Part shown: positions 36,648 through 51,760 of the stretch, in pieces
Position numbering within the stretch: the stretch's first letter is position 1
Layout of the letters: each line of letters starts with the position of its first letter
Source: Scyliorhinus canicula
Taxonomy: Eukaryota
Direction of reading: 5' to 3'
Assembly: GCF_902713615.1 (NCBI RefSeq)
Contig: NC_052168.1
Span: 7,192,001-7,256,000 of the forward strand
Length of the DNA stretch: 64,000 nt
Made by a program: the position numbers and the translations under genes
The notes under the pieces: generated by a model
What the model was told of the DNA's origin: nothing
Seen by the model: only the letters and a program-made list of their open reading frames with translations
The model's database searches: none

Positions 36648-37033
36648 TCCCCATGGACCTTCTGAACTACCTTATCAACTGTCCTGCTGCCTTCAGGGAC
36701 CTATGAACATGCGCCTAGTTCCTATCATTATGCACAATGTGTTGAGGTTGCACTTCACAGAGAGAAAGGGGAAACACAGAGAGTGGCTGTGCTCCAATCC
36801 AAGTGTCCCCCATCTGGGGGGCTAAAACAAAAGTGAAAGATTCTGAAAATCTGAAATAAAAACAGAAAGAGCTGAAAGCCTCAGCTGGTCTGGTAGCATC
36901 TGTGTAGAGAGAGACCGAGTTAACGTTTTGAGTCCATCTCGGTCCGTGACTTTACAACATCGAGCCTGAGAACGTAATCTGACAATGTGTGGGGAAAATA
37001 ACCTTTTTCTCCCCCCCCCTTCTCTTTTGCAGC

Positions 37034-37195
37034 ATGTGTCTCTGGCAGCTGTTCCTCCTCGCAATGTGCTTCTATTCTGTCCAGGGCCGACACCTCTGCC
37101 ACCCGACCAATGTGACAATTTCTGCCGAGAAGGACGAGTGTCCTATTTGCGTGACCCTCACTACCTCCATATGCGGTGGTTACTGTCCAACAAAG
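37034..37195 (+). CDS. LHB: Luteinizing hormone beta subunit, first coding exon
   Basis: ttttgcag|cATG; signal peptide [18 protein letters not shown], then [36 protein letters not shown] (cystine-knot CxGxC, one NVT glycosylation site); gtaatt donor. Confidence 0.95.
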
Positions 37196-37524
37196 GTAAT
37201 TGAGGGGAGGGGGGGGGGGGGGGGGGGAAAGCCCTGCTCACACCCTCTGCCACTTCCACTGCACCACGTCCCCATAAGCCAAAGGCTTTCCTCAGCACCT
37301 TGTACAGGCAGCCGTTCTCAGTATTCTCCGACCCAATAAGTGCAGGTGTGGGAGCTAATTCTCCGCCGGCGGAATTCTCCGTTCCGCCGGCAGCACGCAC
37401 CCACCTGCGGGTTTCCCAGCGGCCTGTTGTGGCAACGATGGGAAAACATCCCAGAGGCTTGATCCTATCATCTGAAACTGGCGTTTTAGTACAGGACGAA
37501 GGAAGTTTTATTTATTAATTTACA

Positions 37525-38095
37525 GGCCAGCATTTATTGCCCATCCTTAGCTGCCCTTCAGGTGTTGAGCTGCCTTCTCGAACCGCTGCAGGTCCCTGAG
37601 GTGTAGGAGCACCCACCATGCTGATAGGGAGGCTATGCCAGAGTTTTGACCCAGCGACAGTGAAGGAACGGTCGATGTATTTGCCAGTCAGGATGGGGGA
37701 GTGGCTTGGAGGGCAACCTCCAGGTGGTGGGGTTCCCATGTCCGCCACTCTTGTATTCCTCCATGGTGGTGGTGGAGGGTTTGGAAGGTGCTGTCTAAGG
37801 AGCCTTGGTGAGTTCCTGCAGTGCACCTTGCAGATGGTACACACGGCTGCCAGTGTTGGGTGGTGGTGGAGAGAGTGAATGTTTGTGGAAGAGGGAGCAA
37901 TCAAGCGGGCTGGATGTCCTGGATGGTGTAGAGTTTCAAGGGTTTTGTTGGGCGCATGTCTTGCTGCATTTGGACATTGACTGCTTCAGCGTGAGGAATC
38001 GTGAATGGTACTGACCACTGTGTCAGTCATCTGCACACTCTCTTCAATGATGACTGCACAATGTTCAGTATCATTGGCGACGAATCAGATACTGA
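37525..38095 (-). mobile_element. CR1/L2-type LINE 3' fragment
   Basis: Same family as 47392-48470 and 54160-54700. Confidence 0.8.
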
Positions 38096-38139
38096 TGGTT
38101 GAACTGCCAGAGGTATCATCTCCCAAATGAGATGGTAAA

Positions 38140-38325
38140 ATTCTGCCCTCTCGCGTGGATGTTAAAGATCCAACGAGGAGGAACAGGGGCATTCTCCCAG
38201 TGTCCAGGACACCATTTGTCCCCCAAACCACCACAGTCATTCTGATTGCTGTTCATGGGATCTTACTGCTTGGTTTCTCTCCAAAACTAGTGATTAGATT
38301 TCAAAAGCAATTCATTTGCTGTGAA
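38140..38325 (+). mobile_element. Degraded Deu-domain SINE (SacSINE1-like)
   Basis: CTGCCCTCTC..GTGGATGTTAAAGATCC..AGGGG..TTCTCCC.GTGTCC; similar to 60265-60640. Confidence 0.55.
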
Positions 38326-38395
38326 TAATCAACAGCATGAAATAATTGTCCTTTTGTTCCATTTGGAAATTCTCAGAGGAAGTGCAAACAGAAAT

Positions 38396-38738
38396 GGGCA
38401 GCACGGTAGCACAGTGGTTAGCACAATTGCTTCACAGCTCCAGGGTCCCAGGTTCGATTCCCCGCTGGGTCACTGTCTGTGCAGAGTCTTCCCCGTGTCT
38501 GCGTGGGTTTCCTCCGGGTGCTCCGGTTTCCTCCCAGTCCAAAGATGTGCAGGTTAGGTGGATTGGCTATGATAAATTGCCCTTAGTGTCCAAAATTGCC
38601 CTTAGTGCTGGGTGGGGTTACTGGGTTATGGGGATAGGGTGGAGGTGTTGACCTTGGGTAGGGTGCTCTTTCCAAGAGCCGGTGCAGACTCGATGGGCCG
38701 AATGGCCTCCTTCTGCACTGTAAATTCTACGATTCTAT
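38396..38738 (+). mobile_element. V-SINE type A
   Basis: Full head, core and tail. Confidence 0.9.
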
Positions 38739-38886
38739 GAAATACTCTGTGATTGTGCAAAAGGTTTAAACTAAAACCGGACCACTTTTTTATCCAAAAG
38801 GCTGCAAAATAAGAATCCAACTCACTGTCTGGAGATCAGGCTGAAACAATGTAATGATTAACTCAGAGCATATTCTTTGACTGCAG

Positions 38887-39117
38887 GAATCGGTATACAA
38901 GAGCCCTCTCTTGTCAGTTTACCAGCACGTGTGTACTTACAAGGAGATTCGATATGAGACCATCAGGCTGCCAGGCTGCCCCACGGGTGTCGACTCCACC
39001 TACACCTACCCGGTGGCGGTCAGCTGTGAATGCAACCTCTGCAGGATGGACTACACCGATTGCACAGTGCAGAGCATCAAACCCGACTTCTGCATTGCCA
39101 GGAGATCGTCGCTGTGA
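38887..39117 (+). CDS. LHB: Luteinizing hormone beta subunit, last coding exon
   Basis: ctgcag acceptor; [18 protein letters not shown]...[12 protein letters not shown]...[11 protein letters not shown]; 12 Cys in the mature chain; tail-to-tail with RUVBL2 as in mammals. Confidence 0.95.
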   Translation, partial: ESVYKSPLLSVYQHVCTYKEIRYETIRLPGCPTGVDSTYTYPVAVSCECNLCRMDYTDCTVQSIKPDFCIARRSSL

Positions 39118-39372
39118 GGCGCTCACCCCCTCTCTATCCTCTTCACCAGCGTCCACCACCTCTCCACTCACCACTCTCTCCTCTGCTGCACGTTTGCTAA
39201 GGGGGTTTCCTTTGCGATGTCAGAGCTGGTTTCTCTTGATGCCCTAAAGGAGGTCCTTCTGTGTTTCCCTGTACTCACCCACTGAAAAGGAACCCTAAGC
39301 TTATATACATCTGACATCTAAAACCCTATCTGTGATTAAAAAAAAGACACGTTTCACGTGAATGGTTTTACA

Positions 39373-39378
39373 AATAAA
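39373..39378 (+). terminator. LHB polyadenylation signal
   Basis: AATAAA about 255 nt after the stop codon. Confidence 0.7.
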
Positions 39379-39534
39379 TTGTATATAGACGTGAATTCTT
39401 ACTGAAATGGTGGCCATTTTGATAACAAAAGGAGTTACCACCTTTTGAAAAAAAGCAAAGGGAGCTGGGCGACGTTTGGCGAGGGGGAGATATGTGGGCA
39501 AAAGAAGAGGTCAAGTCCATTGCTTCACTTTTAA

Positions 39535-39690
39535 ACCAGGTTAAAGTCCAACAGGTTTATATGGAAACACTAGCTTTCGGAGCTATGCTCCGGAAACTAG
39601 TGATTACAAATAAACCTGTTGGACTTTTAACCCGATGTTGTAAGACTTCTTACTGTGCCCACCCCAGTCCAACGCCGGCATCTCCACATC
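39535..39690. mobile_element. Fold-back (inverted) Penelope pseudo-LTR fragment
   Basis: Inverted arms 39539-39583 and 39587-39632, homologous to 15229-15272. Confidence 0.75.
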
Positions 39691-40072
39691 TTCACTTTTA
39701 AAGTGATTGAAACGGTTAATGACCACCACAAAAATCACAATCCTTTTACATTACCTGTGGGTGATGTGGTCTTGTAGGTGCAAAGCCAGGCTTCGGTTTC
39801 CAGTATTTATTCCTATTAATTCCAGCTGGCTCCCCAACATTGTTCTTTTAACAGGAACTGATGGTAACCCTGGGATACCCCCAGAATGGCAGAGTCATCA
39901 ATATTTCACTTCAGAAATCTCGATTTTCTTTTTCTAAAAGATGCCCCCCAAAATAACAAATGGAGCCGGCTGCTCCTTCGTCTCAACAGAGAGTTAAATT
40001 GCCGGCTTCTCTCACCTAAGGAACCTGGGTCTGATATCACTCCACACAAGGGGATGAAAGACTCCTGTTTCT

Positions 40073-40283
40073 TTTTTTTCTTTTAATTTTTTTCCAATTA
40101 AGGGGCAATTTAGCTTGACCAGTCCACCTACCCTGCACATCTTTGGGTTGTGGGGGCAAAACCCACGCAAACACGGGGAGAACATGCAAACTCCACACCG
40201 ACAGTGTCCCAGAGCCGGGATCGAACCTGGGACCTCGGTGCCGTGAGGCAGCAATGCTAACCACTGTGCCACCGTGCTGCCCC
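40073..40283 (-). mobile_element. V-SINE type C with 15-bp TSD
   Basis: AAGACTCCTGTTTCT at 40058-40072 and 40284-40298. Confidence 0.92.
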
Positions 40284-40967
40284 AAGACTCCTGTTTCTAA
40301 GGTCAGTTCCCAATCCCAGGTGCTCGTGAACACATTTGCCTCGCTTTAAGAATGACTAGCATCAGAAACGGGTGCGTCACTGACACGTTAGGAGGTTGCT
40401 TTTGTACCGAGGTGCATTGGGGCAAGATAGAGGGACTAAACTATGCACAAACCCATGATCTACCTCATCCCAGAGATTTTGGTGCACCGGCTGGAGAAGG
40501 ACTCTGCTCTTTGTCAAGCCTGGGCTATAACAGATGTGGAAATACAGAACGCCACAAGTGGGAAAATTGGACAATGCTCGAACTGACTGCCCTAAGACAG
40601 AAATGACAAACTATTACTCAAAATGTCAATGTGGAGTAAAAAATAGATGTGAAAGCAATTGCTCCTTTAAACTGGTTGCTTATGTGAGTACATTTGTGTG
40701 CAATACAGAACTATGACATAAACATCTTGGACTATAAAACACTATTTTAAACAGTACGGCGTTTAAACTCACCGCATACATTCAGAGCAGGAATTGAAAA
40801 TCCTGCATTCAGGACTGAGTTGAGGAAGAACTTCTTCACTCAGAGTTGAGAACGTATGGAATTCTCTACCACAGATATCTGTTGGGGACAGTTCGTTGGA
40901 TATATTCATAGAGGATCATAGGATCCACAACGCCAGGGTCCCAGGTTCGATTCCCCGCTGGAATCCA

Positions 40968-41281
40968 CATACAGTGCCGAAGGAGGCCATTTGGCCTATC
41001 CAGTCTGCACCGACCCACTTAAGCCCTCACTTCCACCCTATCCCCGTAACCCAATAACCCCATCTAACCTTTTTTTGGACACCAAGGGCAATTTATCATG
41101 GCCAATCCACCTAACCTGCATGTCTTTGGAATGTGGGAGGAAACCGGAGCACCCGGAGGAAACCCACGCAGACACGGGGAGAACGTGCATACTCTGCACA
41201 GACAGTGACCCAGCGACGAATCGAACCTGGGACCCTGGCGTTGTGAAGCCACAGTGCTATTCACTTGCGCTACCATGCTGC
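40968..41281 (-). mobile_element. V-SINE type A nested in a plus-strand CR1 tail (about 40780-41430)
   Basis: CR1 3' end motifs on both sides. Confidence 0.85.
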
Positions 41282-41677
41282 TATTCAAGAGGGATCGCTG
41301 GATGTCGCCCTTGCCCCTAAAGGGATCAAGGCGGTATGAAGAGAAAGCGGGAGTGGGATACTGAATTTGCCCGATCAGTGGTGAAGGCTCGAAGGGCTGA
41401 ATGGCCTACGCCTGCACCTATTTTCTATGTTTATGTTTTACACTGACGGGATTGAAATCCGGACAGGGGCAGTTCAAAAGGTAGTCACGGCAAATCGAGC
41501 TGCGCAGCATTCAAGCAGCAATCAGAAGGTGCAGGGTTCAATCCCTGCTCTGCACTGAACTTGCGGAGTTTGAGCTGGGTCAGCAATCATGATGCTGCAG
41601 TTGATGCCAGAAAATGGGGGCCAGGGAAGGGAAAGTAGCTGCCTGTGCTCCAATCAATGTTGGTGCACATTGGCGGC

Positions 41678-41708
<31 letters not shown>

Positions 41709-42040
41709 GCCCGAGCACAGGATAGAAACAGAGAAACCTTCCCAGGTTAAATAGCTGGCACACTCACCGTCTGGGTGGACACAAACATAATGGCCTCGCG
41801 GGTGTGGCAGTGACGGGTTGCTGGTTTGCATGGGACTGCCAGCAAGGCAGCAACTAAGAGAGGAGGGGAGACTGGCTGTTCACTTGGCTGTCCAGCACAG
41901 AGGTATATTTCGGCCCCTTGGTGCAGGCTCTTCACCGGCCAGTCGTCACTTCACAGGAGATGCAGCGACTAACAGCGTGCAGACTACCAAAAGCAAAACC
42001 CCGCAGCAAATTTCAATGCAAAACTCAAAACTTTTCAGAA

Positions 42041-42046
42041 TTTATT
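42041..42046 (-). terminator. RUVBL2 polyadenylation signal
   Basis: AATAAA on the minus strand about 125 nt after the stop codon. Confidence 0.7.
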
Positions 42047-42171
42047 GTACAAAAAAAAAAACTATGGGGAAAAGATAAAAATATGCATCAAATCAACAAA
42101 AGGATCAGGTCTCCATTTTAACAAACATCTTCAGAACTTTCAATCGTTAAAAGCAATCACGTCACCAAGGT

Positions 42172-42197
42172 TTAATTGGTGTCCATCGATTCACCTT
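42172..42197 (-). CDS. RUVBL2: RuvB-like 2 (reptin) exon 15
   Basis: ttttgcag acceptor; (K)GESMDTN*. Confidence 0.9.
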
Positions 42198-42565
42198 CTG
42201 CAAAAGAATAAAAGGATAGAGAAGTGTAAACATATAAAACCGCATTCAGGCAATGGATCCAAAGTTCCTTATTCCGATTGCTGCCCAGTTACCACTGCCG
42301 GGAAGTGTGAGCGAGAGAACGCCCAGCAGCGTGGGGGAACCCATGTGAGAGGGACAGATTCATATGCAAAATCGTGCCCTGCCCTGCCCCGACGTTATTG
42401 TTGAAATACAGATATTCAGAGAAGCCCTTCAGTGTAATTTTTCATTCCATCTCCAAGCAGGATGGAGAGAAAATCACAACGCAGCCTGTCCAAGTTTTCT
42501 TACAAAATACCCATTTGATGGCCGAGCATTACTGATGCAACATGGGCCTTGTAAATTACATACTG

Positions 42566-42851
42566 CGCGGTAGCACAGTGGTTAGCACTGTGGCTTCACC
42601 ACGCCAGGGTCCCAGGTTCGATTCCCAGCTGGGTCACTGTGCAGAGTCTGCACATTCTGCCCATGTTTCCTCCGGGTGCTCCGGTTTCCTCCCACAAGCC
42701 CCGAAAGATGTGCTGTTAGGCCATTTGGACATTCTGAATTCTCCCTCCGTGTACCTAAACAGGTGCCGGAATGTGGCAACTAGGGGCTTTTCACAGTAAC
42801 TTCACTGCAGTGTTAATGTAAGCCTACTTGTGACAATAAAGATTATTATTA
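42566..42851 (+). mobile_element. V-SINE type B
   Basis: B tail ending in (TTA)n. Confidence 0.88.
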
Positions 42852-43184
42852 CTTCAAAATGTTTGACACTAACACTCAAGTGAGGCCCAGGAGAATGGCA
42901 ATGGTCAGGAATCTCTGAACTGACTGTCTAAGTACAAACTGCTACGCCAAGTGTCTCACATATTGTTTTAGCCCCATATCCACCCGCTTTTCTCCTCGCT
43001 CCTCTGCAGAAGATACCGACTTTCTGGGGTGCAGTTCCTGGTTACCTTCTGGTATTCTGGTCAGGTTACCGTTCTCCATACGAGAGTGTGGGTAGGCAGG
43101 TGAGTTACTCGATTCACTGAAGCAAATCACCAAGGCGTCTGTGAGAGCACCTCCCAAATCCACAACATCTACCACCTGGTAGTA

Positions 43185-44070
43185 CATGGAAACATCTAAG
43201 GATGGATGTGCTGGCCTTGGAAAGGGTCCAGAGGAGGTTCACAAGAATGATCCCTGGAATGAAGAGCTTGTCACATGAGGAATGTGAGGGCACATGAGGG
43301 CAGCATGGTAGCAATGTGGATAGCACAATCGCTTCACAGCTCCAGGGTCCCAGGTTCGATTCCGGCTTGGGTCACTGTCTGCACATCCTCTCCGTGTGTG
43401 CATGGGTTTACTCCGGGTGCTCCGGTTTCCTCCCACAGTCCAAAGATGTGCAGGTTAGGTGGACTGGCCATGATAAATTGCCCTTAGTGTCCAAAATTGC
43501 CCTTAGTGTTGGGTGGGGTTACTGGGTTATGGGGATAGGGTGGAGGTGTTAACCGTGGGTAGGGTGCTCTTTCCAGGAGCCGGTGCAGACTCGATGGGCC
43601 AAATGGCCTCCTTCTGCACTGTAAATTCTATGAAATCTATTCTATGAAATCTATGAATGGCTGAGGACTCTGGGTCTGTACTCGTTGGAGTTTAGAAGGA
43701 TGAGGGGGAGATCTTATTGGAACTTACAGGATACTGTGTGGCCTGGGTAGAGTGGACGTGGAGAGGATGTTTCCACTTGTCGGAAAAACTAAAAGCAGAG
43801 GACACCCATCTCAGACTAAAGGGGCGATCCTTTAAAACTGAGATGAGGAGGAATTTCTTCAGCCAGAGGGTGGTGAATCTGTGGAACACTTTCGCACAGA
43901 AGGCTGTGGAGGCCAAATCACTGAGTGTCTTTAAGACAGAGATAGATAGGTTCTTGATTAATAAGGGGATCAGGGGTTATGGGGAGAAGGCAGATGAGAA
44001 AAATATCAGCCATGATTGAATGGAGGAGCAGACCCGATGGGCCGAGTGGCCTAATTCTGCTCTTATGGTC
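43185..44070 (+). mobile_element. CR1 LINE 3' end with a nested type A SINE (43298-43655)
   Basis: ERVQRRFTRMIPG...RRNFFSQRVVNLWN. Confidence 0.88.
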
Positions 44071-45391
44071 TTTTCGCTTGCCACTAAGCCAGACACCGAA
44101 TCAAAATTGGGGAACAATCTACCATCACTCCAGTGAATCATGGCTTTTTGTCTGCTGGCTCGATATCTAGTCAGTCTCAATCCACGTCCTAGTGCATTAA
44201 ATCCAAACTGTGCCTAATTCATTGTTAACTGAGCTTGTTCAGAGGCTATGGGACAGCTGAGGAAGGGCAACTAGTGCAGTGGAGGGAACTCATTTCAGGT
44301 TGGGGGAGAAGATGCAGAGATGGGAGCAGAGGGATCTCTGTGCTGCATCTGATCTAATCTTAACTACTTCTCACCTTAAATCGATACCGCTGGCTATTCC
44401 CATTGCCCAGGGGAAAATCTCCTTCCTGTCTAATCTCTGTCCAGTAAGTGCCAGGCAATGATAACCTCCATAAAGACACAAATCAATCACCTCCCTCCTG
44501 GAGCCGATCTGGAGTTTAACTAGACTCTCATTCACCCTGCGGTTACGGTGGATGCTGGTTACCATGTGGAGTGGCTCACACCCCGAACACTCAAAGTCTT
44601 CCCGTCATCTACAAATGCTCGACTGAACACACAACCCATTAGCTGGGTGCAGCTGCAATATCACTCACCAAGACTGACACTATTCTGAACTGAGCAGACT
44701 GCTCGATTGGTGCCCCCGCTACTGTCCACCATCCACGGCACCCCCCCCCCCCACCCCACCCCACATCAACAGCACCTCACAGCCAACATGAGGGCTGAGA
44801 GCAGCAGTACCAGAGAACATTACCAGACAGGCATCTTGCACAGTCACCGGAACGAAACCCTGGACTTCCTAACCGAACAACATGGTGGGAGCGTCACCAC
44901 CACCACGAGGGCAAAGTCCACCGTCCCCGACTCGGCAACTCATGATGGGCATCGCGCCACCTTGGCCAATGCAGCCCATTCCCCGGGAACAAATGCAAGA
45001 GTACATAATTAGTTGGAAAATAAATTACAATGAAAGAATACAGCACAGGGACAGGCCATTCGGCCGTCCAAGCCTGTACTGGTCATGATACCACCCTTGG
45101 TCAAAATACTCAGCACTCCCCACGGCCGCATAAAGCACAAAGAACAGTGCAGCACAGTACCAGGGAACATTGATGCCTTTCTCCTAATGGAAGGCTGACA
45201 TCAGGAATGTTTAACCACACAAGGAAAGGGGGCAAACAAGCCCACGTTAATGCTGTTTGTGGGATTATTGCTACTGCAAAGTATTGTGGCTGCACAGCAC
45301 CAGCCCACATTTCATACGCTCTGGACTTCAGCGGGGAGGTGACTGCTAATATGCCCTCTGGCAAAATTGCGGCAGCCAGGATTTCCCCTTA

Positions 45392-45565
<174 letters not shown>

Positions 45566-45764
45566 TTACTGGCACTAAAATGAGAGAGAAATCTGTGAGA
45601 GACGACAGAGGAACAGCCCATATTAAGCAGTGAGTGAGATGGAGGGTTTTCGCCTCTGACGTTTGAGTCTAAATTCGCGGATGAGAAGTAAGTTGACTGC
45701 ACCACCGAGATGGATTTTGCAACCTTCCGGCACCTAATTCGGCACTACTTTGGCAGTGGCCGCT

Positions 45765-46661
<897 letters not shown>

Positions 46662-47023
46662 CTATCTGCCAATTTATCTTTGTTTTAGCACGATCGCAAT
46701 TTCCTTTGCAGCCCAAATTCAGTTCTGTTCCTTAACCATCTGTTCACTGTACCTCAAGCAAGCAGAAGTATACAAACCCAAGGGTCCGCTGTAACACTGA
46801 GCAACTGACCTTAAGCTGGGTTACAGAGTGGGAGACAGGCCATGCAACAGTCTGAAGGAATTAAAGGGAAAAAGTTGGCTCAATTCTCTCAGACAACTTG
46901 CACTGTGAATTAAAATGGAGGGATTGGAATTATAACCACTGTACAGGATGGAGGAGGCGGTAAGAAGCTCCCTATGCTCACCCTGTATGTTATTTCTCCA
47001 CAATTTCTTTGGACAATATCTTA

Positions 47024-47347
47024 GATAGATAGAACAGTACAGCACAGAACAGGCCCTTCGGCCCTCGATGTTGTGCCGAGCAATGATCATCCTACTCAAG
47101 TCAACCTATCCACGTAACCCAACAACCCCCCTCATTAACCTTATTTTTTAGGACACTAAGGGCAATTTAGCATAGCCAATCAACCTAACCCGCACATCTT
47201 TGGACTGTGGGAGGAAACCGGAGCACCCGGAGGAAACCCACGCACACACAGGGAGGACGTGCAGACTCCGCACAGACAGTGACCCAGCCGGGAATCGAAC
47301 CTGGGACCCTGGAGCTGTGAAGCATTTATGCTAACCACCATGCTACC
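47024..47347 (-). mobile_element. V-SINE type A subfamily
   Basis: Matches 12059-12377. Confidence 0.9.
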
Positions 47348-47391
47348 CACGGAGGTTGATAATTAACATGGGCTTAATATCTGACAGTCAC

Positions 47392-48470
47392 GAGTGAAGG
47401 AACGGTGATATATTTCCAAGTCAGGGTGGTGAGTGACTTGCAGGGGAACCTCCAGGTGGTGGGGTTCCCAGGTATCTGCTGCAAGGTGATAGTGGTCCTG
47501 AGTTTGGAAGGTGCTGCCTAAGGAACCTCTGTGAGTTCCTGCAGTGCATCTTATAGATTGTACCATGGCAGACACTGTTTGTGTCGGTGGAGGAGGGATT
47601 GAATGTTTGTGGAAGGGGGAGCAATCAAGCAGGATGCTGTGTCCTGGATGGCGTTGAGCTTGTTAAGTGTTGTTGGAGCTGCACTCATCCAGGCGAGTGG
47701 AGAGTGTTCCATCACACTCCTGATTTGTGCCTTGTAGATGGTGGACAGGCTTTGGGGAGCCAGGAGGTGAGTTACTCGCCGCAGGATTCCTAGCCTTTGA
47801 TTGCTCTGGTAGCCACAGTATTTATATGGCTGGGTCCAGTTCAGTTTCTGCTCAATGGTAATCCCCAGGATGTTGATTGTGGAGTATTCAGCGATGGTAA
47901 TGCCATTGAATGTCAAGGGGCAGTGGTTAGATTCTCTTGTAGGCGATGGTCACTGCCTGGCACTTGTGAAGCACAAATGTTATTCGCCAATTGTCAGCCC
48001 AAGCCTGAATATTCTCCAGGTCTTGCTGCATTTGGACATGGACGGCTTCAGTATCTGACGAGTCGCGAATTATACGGAACTTTGTGCAGTCATCCACAAA
48101 CATCCCCACCTCTGACCTTATGCTGGAAGGGAGGTCATTGATGAAGCAGCTGAAGATGGTTGGGCCTAGGACACTACCCTGAGGAACTCCTGCAGTGATG
48201 TCCAGGAGCTGAGATGATTGATCGCCAACCATCTTCCTTTGTGCCGGGTGTGACTCCAACCAGCGGAGTTTTCCCTTTGATTCCCATTGACTCCAGTTTT
48301 GCTTCGGGTCTTTGATGCCAAACCCGGTCAAATGCTGTGTTGAAGTCAAGGGCAGTCACTTTCACCTCATCTCTGGCATTCAGCTCTTTTGTCATGCTCG
48401 AACCAAGGCTGAAATGAGGTCAGGAACGGAACTCAATTGAGCGTCCGTGAGCAGGCCATTGCTGAGTAAG
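47392..48470 (-). mobile_element. CR1/L2-type LINE RT fragment
   Basis: [40 protein letters not shown]. Confidence 0.9.
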
Positions 48471-48604
48471 TACCTTTCCATTAAATCTTTTCTACATCCT
48501 CTCCAATGCCTTCACATCTGTCCTAAAGTATGACACCCAACATTGGACACAATGCCCAATTAGAACCAAACCAATCTTTTATAAAAGTACATTGTTGTTC
48601 TAAA

Positions 48605-48770
48605 GGGGCTGGTTTAGCACATTGGGCTAAATAGCTGGCTTTGAATGCAGACCAGGGCAGGCCAGCAGCACGGCCTCCCCGAACAGGCGTCGGAATGTGG
48701 CGACTAGGGGCTTTTCACAGTAACTTCATTTGAAGCCTACTTGTGACAATAAGCGATTTTCATTTTCATT
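48605..48770 (+). mobile_element. SINE type D
   Basis: D head and shared tail. Confidence 0.85.
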
Positions 48771-49068
48771 AGTGAACCAGATGGTTTCATGCTCATCGTT
48801 ATGACTTTTAATTCCAGATGTTTTATTCAGTTTTTAGGTCCCACCATCTGCTGTGGTGGGATTGGAACCGGGGTCCCCAGAGCAATGTCCTGCGTCTCTG
48901 GATTACTAGTCAAGTGCCAACACCACTGTGCCACCACTTACCCTCTGTAGGACCTCTGCCCACACCTCTTCAGAGATGGTTACAATTGGAGGTTCACTGC
49001 TAATATTCTGCTGCACTGGACAAAGTCCCTCATTTACTTTTCCAGAGATGGACACACTGAACGACTTA

Positions 49069-49206
<138 letters not shown>

Positions 49207-49913
49207 TTAAGCGGAACGCACATTCTGGTTCTTCTTATATTTCACCACATCAAGGCCTCCCAGCTCAGAATCATGGACTGGCCTTTAATTTTGAATTTAT
49301 TTGTTTTTTTATTATTCTTTATCAGGAAGTGAACGTCACTGGGCAGTCTATGTTTATTGTCCGTTCCTAACAGCCCCCCCAAGAAGGTGGTGGTGAGCTG
49401 CCTTCTTAAACCTCCGAAGCCCATGTGGTGTAGGTGCACCCACAGTGCTGCTAGGGAGGGAGTTCCAGGATTTTTGACCCTGACCTCAGAGAAGGAATGA
49501 CCAAATTAGTTCCAAGTCAGGATGGTGTGTGGCTTGGGAGGGGAACTTGCAGATGGTGGTGTTCCCCACGTATCTGCTGCCCTCGGCCTTTCTAGGTGGT
49601 AGAGGTCACAGGCTTGGAAGGAGCCTGGGTGAGTCGTTACCGCTCTCTTCTCTCCCGAATGTGCTGACCACACTGGGCCATGGTTTTATGAACACCAAGT
49701 GCTGGCTTTGCCGCAGATTTCAAAGCCTGCTCGTCTACCCTGATTTGAACAGCAAAACCGCCTCCAACAGTTCCCTACTGCCTAAGGCACTTCAAATATT
49801 GTTAACTGGTGCAAAAATCCTCAGTTATAACACCAAGGTCTGTTACGATTTACATCTCCTGGCTAATAGGAATTGGCTTCACAGTTTTACTGATGGGCCA
49901 AGGATCCACATTA

Positions 49914-50135
<222 letters not shown>

Positions 50136-50192
50136 TTATTTCAAATGCAACGCCCTCCACGAGGGAAGCCAGTGTTGAGGAACATTTTATTA

Positions 50193-50396
<204 letters not shown>

Positions 50397-51532
50397 TCAC
50401 TTATAGTTTGTGCTTTAGTGAATGACAGGGTAGCCTATCACGGAGCCTTCGGGGGGTCACACGCAAAGCTGAAATCGATGCTTCCATCAACTTGCAAACA
50501 CCTCAAGTCGATGATGCCAGCAGATCTCGGATTCAGGGTTTGAGGTTGAAGGGAAATTTGAGGAGAAAAGAGGAATAAGACAATCGGAGGGGTGGGTAAC
50601 TGAGATGGGGAACTGAGGGAAATCGGATGTCGATGACCCCGTTAAGGCTATGGTGTCAATCAACAGACGAGCTACAGGATCAGCCAACATTCAGGTCAAT
50701 GAGAATCAAAAAAGGGACAGAGCAACAAAGAAGAAATAGGACCAAAACGGAGACAGATTTGCCTGCGAGACCCAGATTTCCACGGCTTGGGGAGGGGGGG
50801 GGGCAAATGGCCCACAGGTGGTCGTCGGGACACGCTCCTTCTATATGATGGGCTCTTGAAATACAGTAAAGTAAAAAAAAAAACCTACAAATACCACAGC
50901 TAAGGTGGCTGGGGAATAAAAGGACCACCACCCCACCTCACGCCAAGCTCCAAGTCACAATTAAAATACCACATGCAGGCAGGAAGCCCACTACCCTGAG
51001 AGACCTCATCTTTCTTCTCTATGACTATAGAATGAAACCAAACAGACACGTTTATTGCAGCGAACAGCAGCTGAAGAGAAGCCGAGGGTTTCCATTTGAT
51101 TTCCCAATCTCCCTGTCTCATGGGCATTCTTTCAGAGGTAATGTCACATACGTCAGGTGACCAATGTGTGTTCTGCAGGATATGCAAGCTTGGAGGGCCT
51201 TAAAGCCGAGTCAGATTCTATTTTCACCAGAAGTTTACAAAACCTTTCAGTGCAGCGGGGGACACTCCTCAATGGATACTCCTTAAGTGGGAAACCTGGG
51301 CTAATTTTTGCTCGTCTTTCTCCCCAGCCCAAATTCTCAGAGGTCAATTGCAGTGCTTCCTACCACCATGCAGACTGAGATCGGGTAACAGCGCAGTCAG
51401 CCTGCAGAGAGTGGGGCTTTCCGGCTCTGGGTGAACTCAGCTCTCTACTACTGGGCTTTTCCACGGAGGCATTGCAGAGGACATGTTAAGACATCTGACC
51501 TCTCGCGATCGGTCACTGCTGTCAGCGACCTA

Positions 51533-51760
<228 letters not shown>

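Noticed and set aside
36835-36965. Second hammerhead in a minus-strand repeat (related remnant near 30300)
   Set aside because: The catalytic core is degenerate: AAAACGTT in place of GAAACGTT and no properly placed CUGANGA.
37034-39117. FSHB or TSHB identity for the hormone gene
   Set aside because: A single N-terminal glycosylation site, LH-like sequence and tail-to-tail linkage to RUVBL2 favour LHB.
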